NCBI RefSeq assembly: GCF_000150275.1
Contig: NW_002060945.1
Location: 8,696,011-8,760,010 of the forward strand
DNA: 64,000 bases
Direction: 5' to 3'
Source: Trichoplax adhaerens
Taxonomy: Eukaryota; Animalia; Placozoa
In this document: positions 26,801 through 38,100 of the stretch, in pieces
How positions within the stretch are numbered: position 1 is the first letter of the stretch
Layout: each line of letters begins with the position of its first letter
The notes under the pieces: generated by a model
Told to the model about the DNA's origin: nothing
The model's input: only the letters and a program-made list of their open reading frames with translations
Database searches by the model: none
Position numbers and translations under genes: made by a program

Positions 26801-29764
26801 ATTGAGACAGTACGATGAAAGTTTTCAATATTAATTAATTAAAGAGAGTTTCCGTTTAGTGTCTTATAGTATAGAGTGCTTACTGCATATTGCATAATAA
26901 ACTACGCCATGTATAGCAAATCTAATGTTGAATAATTTAGTAATGAACGACTATTACAATACGGAATGAATGTATGAGAAATAGCAAACCTTCCTTTTTC
27001 CAGCAAGTCCAAGCAAACGGTGTTTAATATAATTACAATAAGTAAGGCTACAAAAATGTTATAGATAGTTTGGAAATGGGATACTTCCAATAGTTTTCTG
27101 TAAGAAGTAATAAAACATATTAAGTTTACACGTCTGATTCTTGTATAATGCCATAAAGTAGTCTATGAATGTACTGTAAAATAGCAATATGGTTTCAATT
27201 ATTTATACACAAAGATATCAATAAGACATTATAACTGATATTTAGGGCTGCTGAACAAGTTGGGTTTTATTTGTGATGTCTTAATAATAAATCCTTACGT
27301 TAATACGGATTGACGAGGTATGAACACCTTCTCATATTGCCTGTATAAAAGGTTACCGAGTTTTAACTCATTTTGAAATCACAATTAAATGAAATCAATA
27401 TAAAGATAGCACATCAATACCTTAAGTGACTATAAGTTAAAGTTTTTTATAACATTAGGTATAATTAATATAAAACTTGTGTACTGTATATATATAAAAA
27501 TTGTTGAGTATATAAGTAACATGTATATCAATTCGACTGACGATAAAAAATTCAATGTAGATTGTGTGTTTAGTACCCCTATTGAGGAGATTGCAATGGC
27601 TATTCTGTTGTTAATACCTTGTGTTGATTCCAGTCGAGTCTACACCATCTTTCTTTTCTTCTATCTCTCTCACTAAATCGTTGGTGATGACGTCAATTTC
27701 GTTATTAATCCTTTTGGTAAATGTTATTCGAAATTTCTATATAATGTCACACATTCAATTTTATTTTTTAGTAAGATATTTAAAAGCTAACAAAGCAAAT
27801 TATGAATTCCATAATATATAGTCATGTTAGTTATATCGTAGGTATATAGCAGCAAAGCGTGATAACAGTTTACATCGAATCATAACAATATCACGATTGG
27901 TTCTTCTGGACAAGTAACAAGCGTTAAGGTACCAAAAAATTACAAAATACTTCTAATTAAATAAAAAGGTGACGGTTTCAGCTATTGACTTTTACTATTT
28001 GGTAGTAATTTAAAAGTATCTCTTTCTTAAACTTGAAGTTATTATATATATACTCTTCTATATTATTTAATGGACCTAATTTATTGTAAAATATTGATCC
28101 AATAGAAATGGTTTACATTGTTACCCAAAATGATAGTGGAAAGTGAATGCTTGCTTATACTGTACATTTGAAGAGGTATCTCACCGATAGTGCACACAGG
28201 TTAAATTGACCTAAGCTATAAGGTTGAAAATTGCGTTTATTTCTAACAACGTAGTGAATAAATATTACAGTCTGACGGGGATTTTTAGAGACCTTTTAGG
28301 GCTCCAAGGAATATTGATATAGGATAACTTGTAACTACTCTTGATAACGCATATGAATATATATGTGGTAGAACTGTAAGCACACATTGCCATGCCATCG
28401 CCATCCACCCATTGTACAATTATTATGGACACTGTGAATAGATGTATCCTAACATATTATAACTTGTAGCTTTTACTTGCATACCGATACTATTGATTGC
28501 ATAGATCATGTTGAGTGGGTAAGTAAACGAAAACAGCTCAATCTACGCTAATACTTGCTAGTGAAACACTTAAAATAGATGTGAAGCAAAGTTATGAACG
28601 AAGGGGTAGATTAACGACTAATAATTTAAAAAAAATAGCCTAATTATAGTGGATATACAAAAGGATTAAATATTAATTGCGGTAATTAATACATCTTTAT
28701 GGTATGATGCCGACTATCCTATTACATAGAGTATAGATCAATTTTCAACTTCTCTTCGTATCATTTCAAATTGAAAATCAATACCAATACGCGGTATACA
28801 ACGCTCATATTTGATTGCTATTAAGCTGATGGTTCTATTAGAAAGAAAATGGACGAGTATATCGATAAGCGTGTTTGGTAATGTGAAATAGCTCTAGTAA
28901 AAACGATATTAAATTGTAAGTCAAGGTAGTAGAGTATCCGTTTTGAGTGTTTCCAACCTATAAGCGTATGCTTCATTACTCCACTAGTGTTCAAAATCTG
29001 CACGTTCTGATTAGCGCTATGATATTTTAAGTTTAGCTGTTACAAAGATTAACATGCATGCTATACAATAATCATTAGAATACCTCAATGGCATCGATCG
29101 TTTTTTGATCACCATCATCGTAGTCTTCAATCTCTTGGCTGCTGGCAGAATCGACGGCTACATCTATTACAAAAGATATATTTGAAATGATTTGTATAGG
29201 ACGATAGCTATTCTCATACCATTTAATTTGGCTTGAACTATCGTGTTTTAATGGGTTGAATATACAATCAACCGAAGCCTTGAAAAAGTTACGATGGCCA
29301 AGAAGATGGAATGATTGCTTTCGTCCTCTCTGTAATATGTTTCAACTACCTACAGCTAGAGTAGTTGATCTACTTGCCAATATGCAGGAGTCCTTTGCAA
29401 AGATAATTATGCCCTCCCTATTTAGTCTTGAAAGTAATGTAAGTCCATTTGGCGTTTTTGAAACAATATTATGTCTCCATTGGCATCACATAAGATACAG
29501 TACAGAGTTTTACAGCATGATCTAGGATTGACTTTCTCTCTTTGACAAATTCCTTCGTATGACACTACTACTCAATACTTTCTAATGTAGGTAAACGTGG
29601 ACTGTTATTGTATAACAACTGTACATCAATGTGTTTTTTCTCTTACAATTTGTCATTGATTATGTTTCCAAAGAACGATTATTGATCATCTAGCCATTAC
29701 CTTGAGTTAATTCGTCTGTTGAATGTCCTCGAAAGCGTAAACGAGTTGCTTCTTCCTGCGACAT
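23832..29764 (-). CDS. SOAT1: Sterol O-acyltransferase (ACAT/SOAT, MBOAT family)
   Basis: Exons: 29764-29701, 29163-29084, 27736-27618, 27340-27299, 27097-26990, 26586-26322, 25803-25583, 25444-25399, 25287-25196, 25113-24978, 24885-24787, 24708-24564, 24446-24304, 23894-23832 (stop TAA). Motifs: [89 protein letters not shown], catalytic SALFHEY, LEWYAR, LPRSWTC. The first two exons are less certain. Confidence 0.93.
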
Positions 29765-30399
29765 TATTCTACTTGAAGATCAAGTTGAAACGTCCCCAAA
29801 TTCTTTTGCCAAGGCTCTCTTCTCCCCAAGATGGCAGACGATACAGTGCTTTCGTTCAACGCTAATGAATACTGATTATATGGTCAGAAAAGAGAAATGT
29901 TAATCAATAATAGATAGATCGATTGACTTAAGACAGGGAAAAGATATGGACGGATAGAAAATCGATTCTATAACTGTATTCCAAGTAGTTTAAAAATCAA
30001 AATGGAGAAGACAGAAATGAATGAATTGGCTAATTGACCTTTGCCACTTCAATAGAGGTTAGCTACTGGTAACGTCCTCTGAGTGACAGTGTTCTCTATG
30101 CCATCGTTGGTAGACTACCTGGGTGGCCCGACGGATATTGTTCATTAAATGGCTTCTGCCAGGTAGTTTGCACAGTACTGTAGCGCTGAACGTCCATACC
30201 GTACAGTATACAGTATGGCGATGTCAAGGGTGGTAGGATAAAGCTCAGCCACATCGAAGTAAGATGAAGAAAAAACTTTTTCTTCTTCTACCTCTACGCC
30301 AGGTCTGTTTGGCCTATCAAAAAGTGAAGAAAGCTTTGGATTGGTCTCCATTTGTGGGAAAGAGTCGGTGAAAAGGTGATATTTTTGCACTGTGGAAGG

Positions 30400-31340
30400 G
30401 CGACTTGAAGGACAGTGATGGGGCAGTTTATTAATGGTACATTGAAGTGTGGATTTTCTTGCTTAGGTCGTTCAAATGGGGGCTAGTAAAATGTGAAGCA
30501 AAAGTTTTCCTTGACTTCTACAGTATACCCAGTTGGAATGTTGTACTAGAAAGGCTTTGATCGGTCTTTATTGGCTCAAAATAGTCGATGAAAGGCCGAT
30601 AGTTTTGCATACTAGAAGAGTAACTTGAAGGACAGCGAGAGTACAGTAGTTGTACATTGCATTTCACCATGGATTATCTTGCTTAATATGGCCACTCAAG
30701 ACGTTTTAGGTTTAGCAAAAATTTTCCTTGACTTCTACAGTATACCCTCTAGTCGGAGTGCCCTACTAGAAAGGCTTTGATCGGTCTTTATTGGCTCAAA
30801 ATAGTCGATGAAAGGGCGATAGTTTTGCATACTAGAAGGGTAACTTGAAGGACAGCGAGAGTACAGTAGTTGTACATTGCATTTCACCATGGATTATCTT
30901 GCTTAATATGGCCACTCAAGACGTTTTACGTTTAGCAAAAATTTTCCTTGACTTCTACAGTATACCCCCTAGTCGGAGTGCCCTACTAGGAAAGACTTTG
31001 ATCAGTCTTTATTGGCTCAAAATAGTCGATGAAAGGGCGATAGTTTTGCATACTAGAAGGGTAACTTGAAGGACAGCCACTCAAGACGTTTTAGGTTTAG
31101 CAGAAATTTTCCTTGACTTCTACAGTATACCCCCTAGTCGGAGTGCCCTACTAGAAAGGCTTTGATCAGTCTTTATTGGCTCAAAATAGTCGTTGAAAGG
31201 CCGATAGTTTTGCATATTAGAAGGGTAACTTGAAGGACAGCGAGAGTACAGTAGTTGTACATTGCATTTCACCATGGATTATCTTGCTTACAGTCATGTT
31301 GTTCAATATGGCCACTCAAGACGTTTTAGGTTTAGGTTCC
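30400..31340. repeat. Tandem array A, ~220-bp unit, ~4 copies plus a diverged flank copy
   Basis: Anchor CTTGAAGGACAG at 30404, 30624, 30844, 31065, 31229 (spacing 220, 220, 221, 164; one copy has an internal deletion of about 57 bp). Confidence 0.9.
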
Positions 31341-33174
31341 GTTCAATATGGCCACTAAACAAACTTTGGATCAAGTGCATTCGACGGTAAAAAAAAGACG
31401 CCAGCCTGGACACTTTGTTACCTTTATGGTTAACGACGACTATCGACAGTACACTACAGGCAAATGTTCAACACAACATCATCACTACTGTCTGCTATGC
31501 TATTTTATTTTTAGTCAGAAATGCAAGAAAAATGGCCAGATCAACTAAAATCGATGGAGCAAGTTGCTTCCTATCTTTCAATTCATTTATATTGATAGGC
31601 TTGCTATATTACCTCCCAAATCAATGCATGTTAAAATATACGCTTAGAATTATATCATCCACGTATGCGATTGGCAAAGTAATTTTACAGTAATGGATGG
31701 AAAAATGAATTCAATTTACAGTATTAAAATTGCGCTCAACGAGTTCATCTCGTTGTCCTCGACTAGATGACTTGAATTCTGTCCCCTAGTCTATTTGTAT
31801 CATGGGCGAGAACATAAGTACATTGCATTATTCTTAAATGGATGATTAGACGAGTAGAATGATTGTATCATGAGCATTTTGTAGATGTACTTAAATACTT
31901 ACAATTTGCAAACGTCAGAAAATGGCCGAAAACACTTGTAAGATCTGAAACTCGACGACGAAGATAGTTTCAACCCGATTGACAAGCTACTTTGCCTGCA
32001 AGAGCATGAAATAAGTTTCTTACTAGTCATAAATTGGTTGTATATACAGTAGGATAACATGTACAGTCGATTGAATTGTAGGAAAAATCAACCAGAAGAA
32101 TTTCCAAAGTTGTCAATTTGGATAACAACCGATGGCTATATCAGACATATATGGAGATCAAGTTAAATTCAAACCTCACTATGCAATGCTAAGAATGGTA
32201 GCGATGACAAATCAGCAACGGTAGGCTACTCATGTAGTAATTTTAGGATAACGAGTTGATTTTTCAAGCTATAACTTACTCTACCAGACGAAGTGACAAT
32301 CCAAATCATCAGCAACCACTGAGTCATGGCCACTTCTGCCTTGACGTTTATTTGTCATTAACACTTTCAAAACACAGATGATGATGTAACTACAAGATGA
32401 AAAATGCCTACTTGAACAATACTGTAGCGATTAAAAGTAAATAAATAATTCCACTAATGAATGCAATCCTTGTCAACAGTAAACAAGGAGAACAAATGGG
32501 ATAATATGTATTCTATCCGCTCCTGGATAGGGACAATAGTCTCATCATCTGTTGCAGTTAAACTTACTAGGAGTAGTACAATAGTGGATCATTTTAGATA
32601 GAAGGGCATTTCTAATTGAGTTATGCTGTTTACTTTTGGTGTCGATATAGGCTGCTGGAAGTCCATTCCAATATCGACTACAGGCTTCTTCTTTTCCAGA
32701 ATACTGTTAGACTACATGATGGATGCGTTGACAAAGATGGATTGCTGCTATGTTGGAAACTACTGAAGAGAGAGTTTTATTGTAGTAGTTCCTGGCGACC
32801 AACAAGTGCCGCATTCCAACCATTTTTACTATTCCATTGGATATCTTGTTCGGCAGACTTCCAAGGGATATTGCTCGACTGTCTGCCAAAGCTTCTTCCA
32901 ATATGATGAATATGTTCTGCCTGCCATCATGACAGCCTAGGGATGGCATGTAACAAGGACTGTGAAGTTGACGATCGCCTTCACACTTTTGATTTGGTGT
33001 TGAATTAAGAAAAGGAAGGTGAAGAATATCAGGAATAGTCCTTCCATAAAGTTAATTCAACTTTGCACAGGCTTCACACCTACAACCTAGGCTGGATTTC
33101 ACACTACAGTACTACTGGATCAGTTAATTCCGTCATCACATCTTCCACATTCTTTCAGCTTGAATGAGATGATA

Positions 33175-33830
33175 GAATTGGATAATTTAATTTCAGTAAC
33201 CATGCAATGGAAATTCAAATTGAAATCAGCTTGTCAATGATTCAAATAACGTACAGTAGAGGACAGCCATGCAACAATCCATGGTAGTATAACTGTATAA
33301 CACCTTGGATTGAAACAGAAGAACAAAAATTTTAGTTGGGTAGGGGATGATCCAATTGGATAATTTGATTTCAGCAACCATGCAATTCAAATTGAAATCA
33401 GCTAGTCAATGATTGAAATAACGTAGAGGGCAGCCATGCAACAATCCATGGTAGTACAGTATAAACCCTCGGATTGAAACAGTAGAACAAAATAATTTAG
33501 TTGGATCGGCTGATACAATTGGATAATTTGATTCAGCAACCATGCAATTGAAATTAAAATTGAAATGAGCTTGTCAATGATTGAAATAACCGAGAGGACA
33601 GCCATGCAACAATCCATGGTAGTATAACACCTCGGATTGAAACAGAACAAGAAAAATTTTAGTTGGGTAGGATGATACAATTGGATAATTTGATTTAGCA
33701 ACCATGCAATTCAAATTGAAATCAGCTAGTCAATGATTGAAATAACCGAGAGGACAGGCATGCAACAATCCATGGTAGTATAATACCTTGGATTGAAACA
33801 GTAAAAGAAAAAATATTAAGTTGGGTAGGC
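33175..33830. repeat. Tandem array B, ~165-bp unit, ~4 copies
   Basis: Anchor CATGCAACAATCCATGGTAG near 33268, 33435, 33603, 33759. Confidence 0.9.
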
Positions 33831-34332
33831 CCTGGAGTCGACCCTGATTCCGCAATCCACCCTTTGACCAATTGATCGTGCATGCAGTGGACATATAATA
33901 CCATTGGCATACAGAATATTGTAGATATATAGAATTATTTAATTCAATTTTCACAAGCAGCCGAAGTTAATTTAAAGGTACATTACGTACTGTAGTCCAT
34001 GGTAGAGTGATTAGTGATCCATTGGAGGAATTTGTGGGACACCGGAGCAAATACTGTCCTCAAAATCAACTCGACTTGCAGTCAATATCTTTGCTACACT
34101 TTGTTGAAATCCGCTCCAGCAGTTTGGACAAAGTATGCGAAAATGATATTCAAGTTGGTTGGTTGATCGGCTCTACTGTACTGTAATATATGGCAAGGGA
34201 AACTGTGAGATGGATCCTATATTCACTTTGTCTAAAATCCAAATGAAATTAAATCTAAAAAGGCAAAAAAGGGTGCCATGAGCGGATGATTGAGTTAACC
34301 GTCGTACAATAGTGTTCCATGATTCTCTTTGC

Positions 34333-34910
34333 AAATACGATACAGTACTGGAGGAAGAGAATTTTCTCTTCTTCCAACTTTGTAAAGTCTCTAGTCTCTG
34401 ATCAGAAACTACTCAACAACAACTTGACCTCATTTTACCCCAATCTCCTACTATTCCTTCTCTATATCATGGTGTATGATCCTGGAAAATAAGAGTAGAA
34501 GATGGCGAGATGGGAGCTAGATGGGAAATACGATACAGTACTGGAAGAAGAGAATTTTCTCTTCTTCCAACTTTGTAAAGTCTCTAGTCTCTGATCAGAA
34601 ACTACTCAACAACAACTTGACCTCATTTTCCCCCAATCTCCTACTATTCCTTCTCTATATCATGGTGTATGATCCTGGAAAATAAGAGTAGAAGATGGCG
34701 AGATGGGAGCTAGATGGGAAATACGATACAGTACTGGAAGAAGAGAATTTTCTCTTCTTCCAACTTTGTAAAGTCTCTAGTCTCTGATCAGAAACTACTC
34801 AACAACACCTTGACCTCATTTTCCCCCAATCTCCTACTATTCCTTCTCTTTATCATGGTGTATTATCCTGGAAAATAAGAGTGGAAAATGGCGAGATGGG
34901 AGCTAAGGGA
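34333..34910. repeat. Tandem array C, 193-bp unit, 3 near-identical copies
   Basis: Anchor AAATACGATACAGTACTGG at 34333, 34526, 34719. Confidence 0.92.
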
Positions 34911-35114
34911 AAATTTGCTTCTCCACCAAGTGCCCAATCTACTGCGGCCATAATGCAGACAAATTGAGTACACCACTATACCGTCCAGTAGAGGATTTTA
35001 CGTAAGCTTTTGTATGAGCTAAACCATCCACTCCAGCACTATACTAGCAGAGAGACGAGTTAATGGCTAAACTGTCCCCGTGACCCAAGATCTTGGAAGG
35101 GGACTATGGCCGAT

Positions 35115-35131
35115 CACGCATGCGCGATGGC
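35115..35131. promoter_or_regulatory. NRF1-like palindrome CGCATGCG(C) in the ELP2 proximal promoter or 5'UTR
   Basis: CACGCATGCGCGATGGC about 65 bp upstream of the ELP2 ATG in a GC-richer patch; motif match only. Confidence 0.3.
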
Positions 35132-35188
35132 ATTTGGCTTAATGAGCTAATGCGAGCTGCCCAAGGTGCCACTCGATCCCTGCCAGCC

Positions 35189-38100
35189 ATGTCGAAGCAA
35201 ACTAATCCAAATGATGCCGACGACAACGGCAATATATCCATGTCCTATCTTAGTATAGGAGTGAATCGCAGTCCTAATTGCATAAGTTGGTCAACCAATG
35301 GTCTCATCGCATACGGAGGATGTAACTCGATCGTATTATATCGACAACAAGTTAGTTGTTCAAAAATTGCTGCTAGATAAAATGGACTCATACCATTTTG
35401 CAAATTCACTTTCTATTGGATAAAATTCGATTTTCCACATCCTTTTTAACTTTGTTTTCATGCTAAGATAAACTTGAAGATAATCAATATTGCTCTCGGT
35501 GTCAGTCATCATCCTAGCCAGATAGGCACTTACACATGGATCGACCAATGAAACCTTTTAATTTGTGCTTTATTATTATAGAATGAAATGCATGCTGGTT
35601 TCGCTGAAGCGAGCTTAAATGGCCATTCAGCTCGTGTAAACTGTGTCAAATGGCTTACTCAATACGGTATGACTAACTGGATAGTTTTGTTATTGATGAT
35701 AATAACAAGCATAGAAAATACCCAAATTTCTAGCTCCATCATGCAGTATACTACGCGTATAAATGTCCAGACTACAATAGAGTAGGTATCTCAGATCGTA
35801 TAACTCATTTGTATCCATTATAAAAAGTAAGTACGATTATTATCATACAGTACTGTAGATTGAAACATTCTCTTAGTAGAAAATCATACATATACATTGA
35901 ATACATCACAATACACATGGATTAGAGAATGGCCAGAATGACTATACTACGTTATAGTCAAGCTACTATTTCTATCAATACATTTTCCTTTGCCTACCAT
36001 ACGAGGATAGTAAATGCAAGCATTTGATCGCATGGAGTAATGTGTAGCTACGCGATATATCTCTCTATTCTACAGAATTGTTATCTGGCGCAGCGGATCA
36101 TAACATCTTGAATTGGCATCTGCAAAACAATCAGGTAAACAAATCTCTATACAAGTAATTGCAGCTTGTAATGGATTATACTGAACTTACTTTTCGTACT
36201 ATCATGGATGATGCAACAGTCTTTTAGCCATCTTGCGATAGACGCTAGTAGACCAAGATGTAACATGCTTCAAATGCTGTACCAAAACTTATTTACAATT
36301 CTGTAGATAGCAGAACATAGATATCAGTAAGCAGAAACAGTAAGTTTGCTTTACTTGCACTTTAAATAACTTCGCTATCGTTTTGACTGTATTACAGTAA
36401 ATCAAAGAGCGACCATTGACTGTCTACAATATACTCGTACACTACACAACTACCATATAAGTATTGAGACTACAGTACTATATGAGTATCCTTATTCGGC
36501 ATGAATGCAGTTATGTATTACATCTCATTAATGCTTGACTTTAATAAACTCAAATTTGCTTGCAGTGGAAAGTAAAGTCGACACTATCAGGTCATACGGG
36601 AGCCATAACTTGTATCGCAACGTTGCATAATGCAAATAAACTGCTACTAGCAACAGCTGCGACAGATTCTACCTTAAACATTTGGTGCAGAAATAATACA
36701 GGTGATTCTAAACTTTATTAGCAATATCTTCGATGCAACATTACTATCCATTTTTCTGAAACTCTTAAATCTCATGATTCGGAATATAATTATTATCAAT
36801 AGATGAGAATTTCGAACGTATTCAAACTATTTCTTGTGGCCATGGAATTATACTAGCAGTAGCTTTAACAACGCTACAATCGTCAATTAATAAGAATAAT
36901 CAAAATGGTATCAACCGATTCAGACTGCAATAAATTATATATTACCTTATGTTAAAATCTCGTAGTAGTTATTACTGATTATTCTATGTGCTACTCTTCA
37001 GCTAACTACTTAATGGCAACAACACGCGAAAACTGTAAAGTTAACCTATATATCGGCAACTACAACGATAACAAACTGGTATGATGTATCTTTTAAGCTA
37101 CATATGTAAACTTATAACCATTATTTATGACAACAAATAAGTAGATTCTATAATTTATGCAACGTCGGCTTACTGTGTTTATTCTACTTGTAAATTGAAA
37201 ATATTAGTCAATGCTTTTGTATCATTACATCGAAAAATATACCATTTATTAATGATAACATTTAATTTACATGGTCTATTCAGGAATTTCAACAAGTATT
37301 ATCTTTAAGTGGTCACGAAAATTGGATACGCGATTTAAGCTTTGGCCACGGAGGTCAGTAGTGGCAGTTCTTAATACTTATATTGATTAATTTCTTAGTA
37401 CCTATAATTGTTACTACCTCGTCAATAGATGATACGAACATATTATTAGCAAGTTGTGCTGAAGATGCCTATATAAGAATATGGAAAATCGTATCTACAA
37501 ATGATCCCGGTGATAATGCACACAAATCAGACGATGAGATCAAACTAAAGGAAAATATCTTTCATGTGAAATACGGTAAGATCTGTGACGTCAATTTTGC
37601 ATTTAAATCTACTATTGTATCCGATAGAACAATTTAAATTTCATATCTTGAATTTTAACAACTATTTTTCAGGCGATTCTGAAGAAAACTACGTAGTAAC
37701 ATTGGATTCTGTCCTAAGTAGCCATGAAGACATGGTCTACAGTGTGAATTGGTATCCTGTTATAGAAGATGGTGATTCTAAATTGAACATGCTCTAATAA
37801 CTAAGTATTACACCAGGCTAATGCTTCAATTTTTTTACCGTTTTTTCATTCATACAAATTAAAAGCCCATCGTCGCTTACGCCTTCTTTCTGCATCAATG
37901 GATAAAACAATGATTATTTGGGAATATGATAAAAATTCTGAGATGTGGTTGGATAAAGTACGTGTTAAACATCTTCTCTTTACTGTGACCTATTCTATTT
38001 GCACACTATCACATGCTGCAATAGATTAATTCTCATTTTTATAACATAAACAAGGTAAGAGTTGGTACAATGGGCGGTAACAATTTAGGATTTTACGGTG

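Larger units (their letters stand above)
30020..34910 (-). pseudogene. Possible decayed multi-exon gene or element remnant between SOAT and ELP2
   Basis: Minus-strand exon-like blocks after polypyrimidine/AG acceptors, carrying internal stops (e.g. 32949-32630 ...HHVV*QYSGKEEACSRYWNG; ~32550-32460; ~31997-31905). No family recognised. Confidence 0.3.

Noticed and set aside
32460-33000. Faint resemblance of decayed peptides here and near 63.6 kb to GREB1-family segments
   Set aside because: Only a few scattered residues match; not distinguishable from chance without a search.
35093-35188. N-terminal extension of ELP2 from the TTG start in the ORF track
   Set aside because: Non-ATG start; ATG 35189 has a strong GCCAGCCATG context and fits the ELP2 N-terminus.
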